From the NCBI GenBank assembly GCA_044236265.1, contig JBIIGV010000009.1, positions 1 through 44,009 on the forward strand: DNA of 44,009 nt, written 5' to 3'. The DNA comes from Oligoflexales bacterium. Its GTDB lineage: Bacteria > Bdellovibrionota_B > Oligoflexia > Oligoflexales > RGVZ01. The notes beneath the pieces were generated by a model. The model did no database searches. It was not told where the DNA came from and worked only from the letters and a program-made list of their open reading frames with translations. The first letter of the stretch is position 1; every line of letters begins with the position of its first letter. The position numbers and the translations under genes were made by a program. Shown piece after piece: positions 39,937 through 44,009 of this stretch.

Positions 39937-39968
39937 CTAAGACGCAGAGAAAACGTTTTTTAGCGTCT

Positions 39969-42422
39969 ATGCACGGAGTTAGATTGAGTTACCGCAAGCA
40001 ACACGTCAAAAAGCATCATAATTTGTTGGTCAGATCTTTGGCCGCAATGGTTGCGCTCGTGTTTTCAGTGCAAGTAGTTGCTCAGCAGGCAGGAGTTAGT
40101 TCAGCGTTGATCTCGCGTCAGGATAAATTGGAACTGACAGAGTTTTATGGAAACATGCTACGTCAGAAGTTGAAAAGTGAATTGAAGCTGAGAGGTATTA
40201 ACGACGCAGATGCATCGGTGAATCTATCGATTCAATTTGATGAAAAGAAGGCGCAAGCTGATTCTGACTCCTGGAAGCAATCACAGAATGATGCTTTGGG
40301 AAAAGAACGTCAAACTTTGGATGAGACCTTCCGTAAGAACATTACGGATATGTTAAAAAACTTCAATGATGAGCAATCGAAAAAAGAGCAGCAGACCCGT
40401 CAGGAATATGAAGCACGGGTCAAAAAGCTTTATGATGAGTACGTTCAGAAGATAAATGACGACTACAATAAGCGACTGAGCGAAGCCGAGGCCAAAAAGC
40501 TCGCGGAAGAGCAAGCTAAGAAGCAGGCTACAGGCGAGACTGCTGCAGCTGCAGTTGGAGGTCCCAAGGAGGGTGTTCGCTTAGGTCGTCTAAATGTCGA
40601 CATCGCTAACTCGACGATCAGCGAGATTATTGCTAAGGCGCAGGAATCCCAACAGTCCAAGACTCCTACGGGGTCTTCTGCTCCGACGATCAATGTGACA
40701 ACCCCTCCGCAGCCTCCATTCCCGCCTGCGATGCCAGCTGCGCCAGCGCCAGCTCCGGTGACCCTGGCCATCAGTGTGCCTCCAACGCCAACCCCCGCTG
40801 CTGGAGCGTTCGTATTTAAGCCGGCAGATTATATTACGAAGATCAGCGTTGATGTGACGCTGCCGCCGGGAACACCAAAAGATTTCGCCGATGGCATGCC
40901 AGCTCTTGTATCCGAATTCCTGGAGTTTTCAACGATAGCCAAAGGTGCTAATACCACTGACTGGGTCAAGGTCAAAGTGGCACCCGCTTTGCCGGCGCCA
41001 CCTCCTCCAGCACCGCCAGAGCCTGCAACGCCAAAAACATTCTTCCAATCGATTTGGAAGCCTGACAACTCATTCATCTCGACGGTGGTCAGTGGGCTTA
41101 TTCTTGGGCTGTTTGTTTTCCTGGCCATGTTCCTAGCATCCCGGGCTTTAAGTAAAGGCATACAAACGGCGCTCTCTGGCCTGGGCAAAGACATCGCAGC
41201 GCTGAAGCCGGCTGAAGAAGGTGGAGATGCTGGCGGCGAGGAAGTAGCACCTGAGGAGGCTTCTGCTGCTGGCGTTGGTGATGACGACGAGCAGCGCGGC
41301 AGCTTCGATCAAGCGGCCGCTGGGCAGGCTCTGACTCGCGATATGCAAAATATTCGTGTGCAGATGACGTCGCTTATTGCTGAAAATACTTTCTTGTGTG
41401 CCGAATATTTAAGTGACATGTTCTACGATGATAACGGGTTGGCCGATTTCCGGGATCTGTTGAGCTTTATGGGTTACGCCCCACTAAAACCCTCACTTGA
41501 GCAGCTGCCTCGCAACGCCGTCCAAAAATTGGAAACGTATATTGAAGAACATCGTGAAACACCGCCCAATATTTTGAATGGAGCCGAAATTGCTCAGCGG
41601 ATGTATGGTGAGTGTATTTCAAAGGCAACCCTTCGCGATGAGACGATGAAAGCTTTTGATCCCGTGCGGGCGGTGCTCATCAAATCTGAGGATGCCATTA
41701 TCCAAAAGTTTCTTGTCGAGGCTGACGCAACCAGCGTAGCTGTCTTGTTGAAGACGTTGACCGTTGAGCGAGGTAACCGCCTGATGAAGGCGATTCCTCC
41801 TGCAGTATTGAAAGATGCAGCGGCGCTTATGGATAAACCGATTGAGTCACCCGATCAAGTGATTGCGGGGATTATTACCAAGATTGAGCAGGTTGCTTCG
41901 ACTGTAACGGAGAGAGCCCAGGCGCAACGACGATTGATACTTCGATTGGTCAAAACGGTCGCAGTCGCCGACGAGGGTATGGTTTACGATCTGGTACCTC
42001 CTGAAGATTGGGATTTGAAGCGGCAGATTATGCAAACTAAGCTATTCCTTAAAGACATCGCTTATGTCCCTGGCAAAGTTATCGGGCAAGCCTTCGGTGG
42101 TTTGCCATTGGCGCGCCGAGCTGAGGTGATGTTGATGGCTGATGAGTCTTTGAAATCAGCCATCCAGGCAACAGTCCCAGCGGGAACGAAGAAGGCTGAA
42201 ATGCTCCAGACGGAAATTGATCAGACTCAGAAGAATGCCAAAAAGATGGCTGAAATTTCAGCGCGAAAAGATTCTATTATGGAGTCGTTATTGAACGCAG
42301 TTCGCAAACTGGTAGGCGCGGATCGTAATGTTGTCGATCAAATAATTCTCGCTCAGGCGAAGGCTTTGGGATTACAGCCTCCTGAAGGCATCAAGGCTGA
42401 GGAAGAGCGCAAAGCATCGTAA
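39969..42422 (+). CDS. FliF(RBM3)-TM-FliG fusion-like rotor protein
   Basis: Signal peptide, RBM3-like halves (aa ~53-92 and ~287-340), TM aa ~369-391, FliF C-helix-like aa ~460-486 and FliG N/M/C-like aa ~489-785 including KKAEMLQTEID and LLNAVRKLV. Confidence 0.7.
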   Translation: MHGVRLSYRKQHVKKHHNLLVRSLAAMVALVFSVQVVAQQAGVSSALISRQDKLELTEFYGNMLRQKLKSELKLRGINDADASVNLSIQFDEKKAQADSDSWKQSQNDALGKERQTLDETFRKNITDMLKNFNDEQSKKEQQTRQEYEARVKKLYDEYVQKINDDYNKRLSEAEAKKLAEEQAKKQATGETAAAAVGGPKEGVRLGRLNVDIANSTISEIIAKAQESQQSKTPTGSSAPTINVTTPPQPPFPPAMPAAPAPAPVTLAISVPPTPTPAAGAFVFKPADYITKISVDVTLPPGTPKDFADGMPALVSEFLEFSTIAKGANTTDWVKVKVAPALPAPPPPAPPEPATPKTFFQSIWKPDNSFISTVVSGLILGLFVFLAMFLASRALSKGIQTALSGLGKDIAALKPAEEGGDAGGEEVAPEEASAAGVGDDDEQRGSFDQAAAGQALTRDMQNIRVQMTSLIAENTFLCAEYLSDMFYDDNGLADFRDLLSFMGYAPLKPSLEQLPRNAVQKLETYIEEHRETPPNILNGAEIAQRMYGECISKATLRDETMKAFDPVRAVLIKSEDAIIQKFLVEADATSVAVLLKTLTVERGNRLMKAIPPAVLKDAAALMDKPIESPDQVIAGIITKIEQVASTVTERAQAQRRLILRLVKTVAVADEGMVYDLVPPEDWDLKRQIMQTKLFLKDIAYVPGKVIGQAFGGLPLARRAEVMLMADESLKSAIQATVPAGTKKAEMLQTEIDQTQKNAKKMAEISARKDSIMESLLNAVRKLVGADRNVVDQIILAQAKALGLQPPEGIKAEEERKAS

Positions 42423-42446
42423 TCAATGAATAAGAAAAAAGACTGG

Positions 42447-43238
42447 TTAGGCGCCGACTACGGCTTTCCAGTCAACTCGTTCGTTAGGTAATAGATATGA
42501 ATTCAGCTCTTCGGCGAGAACGATAGGGTTGGTTTTATTGGCTACTAGCTTTATGCCCTCTACGACAATCGTATTTTTACGATGAATCTCTTTGGTTGTT
42601 TCGCTCAGATTTTCACCGATTGGAATAACAATCAGGTTTGCGAACGCAATGCCGTAGAACGTAGCAACAAGTGCAATGGACATGGAAGGGCCAATTGTCT
42701 TTTCAGCCCCGGGTTTTCCGAGGCCGCCAAGTAGGGCGATCATTCCGATTACGGCTCCCATTAGTCCCATCGCTGGCGGATACTTACCCATCGATTTAAA
42801 TCTTGCCGCATCATCGTTATAGCGTTCAAAGATTGTCTCTGCACGAGCTTTCAGAATTTTTCCTAACTGTGAAATCTCTACAACTTCGTCCAGTAAGAGC
42901 TTCATTGCTTCTTTAAGAAAGAGGTCTTTCTGGCTATCTACTAAAGCCTGCAACTCTGCGGACTCGTTACGATAGGCGTCCGCAAGCTTCATCAGGTCTT
43001 TGATCACCGTCACGTAATCCGGCTTTTTACCAAGGATCGTTCGATTCCAGAAGACCTTCAGCATCAAAAATACACGATCAAGCTGAAAGCTGATTGAGGT
43101 TGCTACCACCGTTCCAGCGATAACGATGACCAATCCGTGTAAGTCCACAAATGATTTTGGGTTATCTGTGGAGGATAGCGCCGCCCAGCCAACAACGATG
43201 GCTGCGAGAATAAAGGAAATAACGACTAAAATATTCAC
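42447..43238 (-). CDS. motA: Stator A subunit (MotA/PomA family)
   Basis: F.D.HGLVIVIAGT, YPPAMGLMGAVIGMI, IGPSMSIALVATFYG..FANL..IPI and EGI..V....NP..L.E.LNSYL. Confidence 0.9.
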   Translation of the reverse strand: MNILVVISFILAAIVVGWAALSSTDNPKSFVDLHGLVIVIAGTVVATSISFQLDRVFLMLKVFWNRTILGKKPDYVTVIKDLMKLADAYRNESAELQALVDSQKDLFLKEAMKLLLDEVVEISQLGKILKARAETIFERYNDDAARFKSMGKYPPAMGLMGAVIGMIALLGGLGKPGAEKTIGPSMSIALVATFYGIAFANLIVIPIGENLSETTKEIHRKNTIVVEGIKLVANKTNPIVLAEELNSYLLPNERVDWKAVVGA

Positions 43239-43295
43239 GAGTGGGCCTGCGTCCGAATGACGTAAAATACATTCTAAAGTTATTCTATCAGATAT

Positions 43296-43324
43296 TTATC
43301 GGCACAATCCCAGGTCTACATCTA
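43296..43324 (-). promoter_or_regulatory. Putative sigma28-like promoter of motA
   Basis: Perfect GCCGATAA -10 on the minus strand at 43296-43303. The -35 is weak (TAGA at non-canonical spacing). Confidence 0.45.
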
Positions 43325-43466
43325 AACCGCCAAAATATAGGCGAAAAGTAGTTGTTTTTAGAAAACACCAAACCGTGTTCATTTTATTTGGTCTGAAGTC
43401 GCCTTTAGCAAAGTCAGAAATCTCCGATAACACAGGTAGGCTAATTGAATTTTTGGAGTTCAAACC

Positions 43467-44009
43467 ATGAGTTATCCATCTTCAGGACGAAGCGGATCGA
43501 AGGCACCAGTTTTCAGTTCGGCGAGCAAGCAAACTGGCACGGGGAAACCTGGCATAGTCATATCGGTTGCGACGGACAAGAACTCATCCAAGAAATCTAC
43601 ACCTGTTGCTAGTATTGGCGTTAGCGCTCGTCATATTGAAACAGCACTTGGTACAATTGCGCCGAAAGCTGTGCTGACATTACCGCCGGTGCCAGCAGCT
43701 TCGGATGAACAAAAGCAAAATCACCAGCGTTCTAAAGCAGCTGAAACGTCGCCGCGAGCATCCTTGATCAACGTCCAGGAAGTTCTAACTGTCGGTTTGC
43801 CTGGTCTTCCCGGTATCGAAGATGATTTGACGGTGCGCCGGCGAAAACCTATGGTCATCCAGCAATTGATCAAAAATCAAATTTTGAAAAAGCCAGGCAT
43901 CAATATCGCCGACGCCGAAGGGGAGACAAAATTTTCCATTTTAGGTCACTACGGCTGCCAAGAAGAGCCTTTAGATGATCTTTTGCTGGTTACATTTCAC
44001 CTGTTGGTG
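43467..44009 (+). CDS. Hypothetical protein, 3'-truncated by the window edge and absent from the ORF track
   Basis: ATG 43467 after GGAG. Frame is open for 181 codons to the window end (MSYPSSGRSGSKAPVF...), with an S/K/P-rich N-terminus. TCCGATAA lies upstream at 43423. Confidence 0.7.
   Translation, partial: MSYPSSGRSGSKAPVFSSASKQTGTGKPGIVISVATDKNSSKKSTPVASIGVSARHIETALGTIAPKAVLTLPPVPAASDEQKQNHQRSKAAETSPRASLINVQEVLTVGLPGLPGIEDDLTVRRRKPMVIQQLIKNQILKKPGINIADAEGETKFSILGHYGCQEEPLDDLLLVTFHLLV

Noticed and set aside
667..42035. Numerous short ORFs in the track, such as 3357..3953 +, 20054..20692 - and 35183..35701 +
   Set aside because: They are antisense or out-of-frame shadows of well-supported genes with no recognisable motifs.
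42447..43238. motA as ZorA (Zorya defence) or ExbB/TolQ
   Set aside because: There is no long ZorA tail and no zorB-E. The four-TM layout and motifs match MotA/PomA.
1..44009. CRISPR arrays, tRNA/rRNA genes, transposases, integrases or phage genes
   Set aside because: I saw no regularly spaced direct repeats, no recognisable structural-RNA signatures and no mobile-element motifs by eye.

Overview
A gene-dense bacterial chromosomal segment of about 39 CDS. Gene content and style suggest Bdellovibrionota/Oligoflexia, but this is inference only. Most of it is housekeeping: peptide ABC transporter (oppABC), 2-oxoacid dehydrogenase E2/E3, Fur, S41 protease, mtnP, tex, ndk, SulP plus beta-carbonic anhydrase, tkt, an RluA-family synthase, ABC1 kinase-prmA, a Ser/Thr kinase-PEGA pair and tmk-holB-PSP1. 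I recognised no rRNA, tRNA, CRISPR array or mobile element. The standout is 39969..42422, which by manual motif reading is a natural FliF-FliG fusion. It has a signal peptide, a split FliF RBM3-like ring domain with a coiled-coil/Pro-rich insert, one TM helix, a FliF C-terminal helix and FliG N/M/C domains. It lacks RBM1/2 and the FliM-binding EHPQ motif. It faces a lone, divergent motA with no adjacent motB, and both genes carry sigma28-like promoter elements. This is a candidate for a non-canonical rotary motor. Other points of interest are a tandem pseudo-REC/PilZ-like membrane protein, a non-canonical prepilin cluster with a possible truncated third copy, and an operon of two lipoproteins plus a FadL-like barrel. 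All family calls come from reading motifs by eye, and no searches were run.
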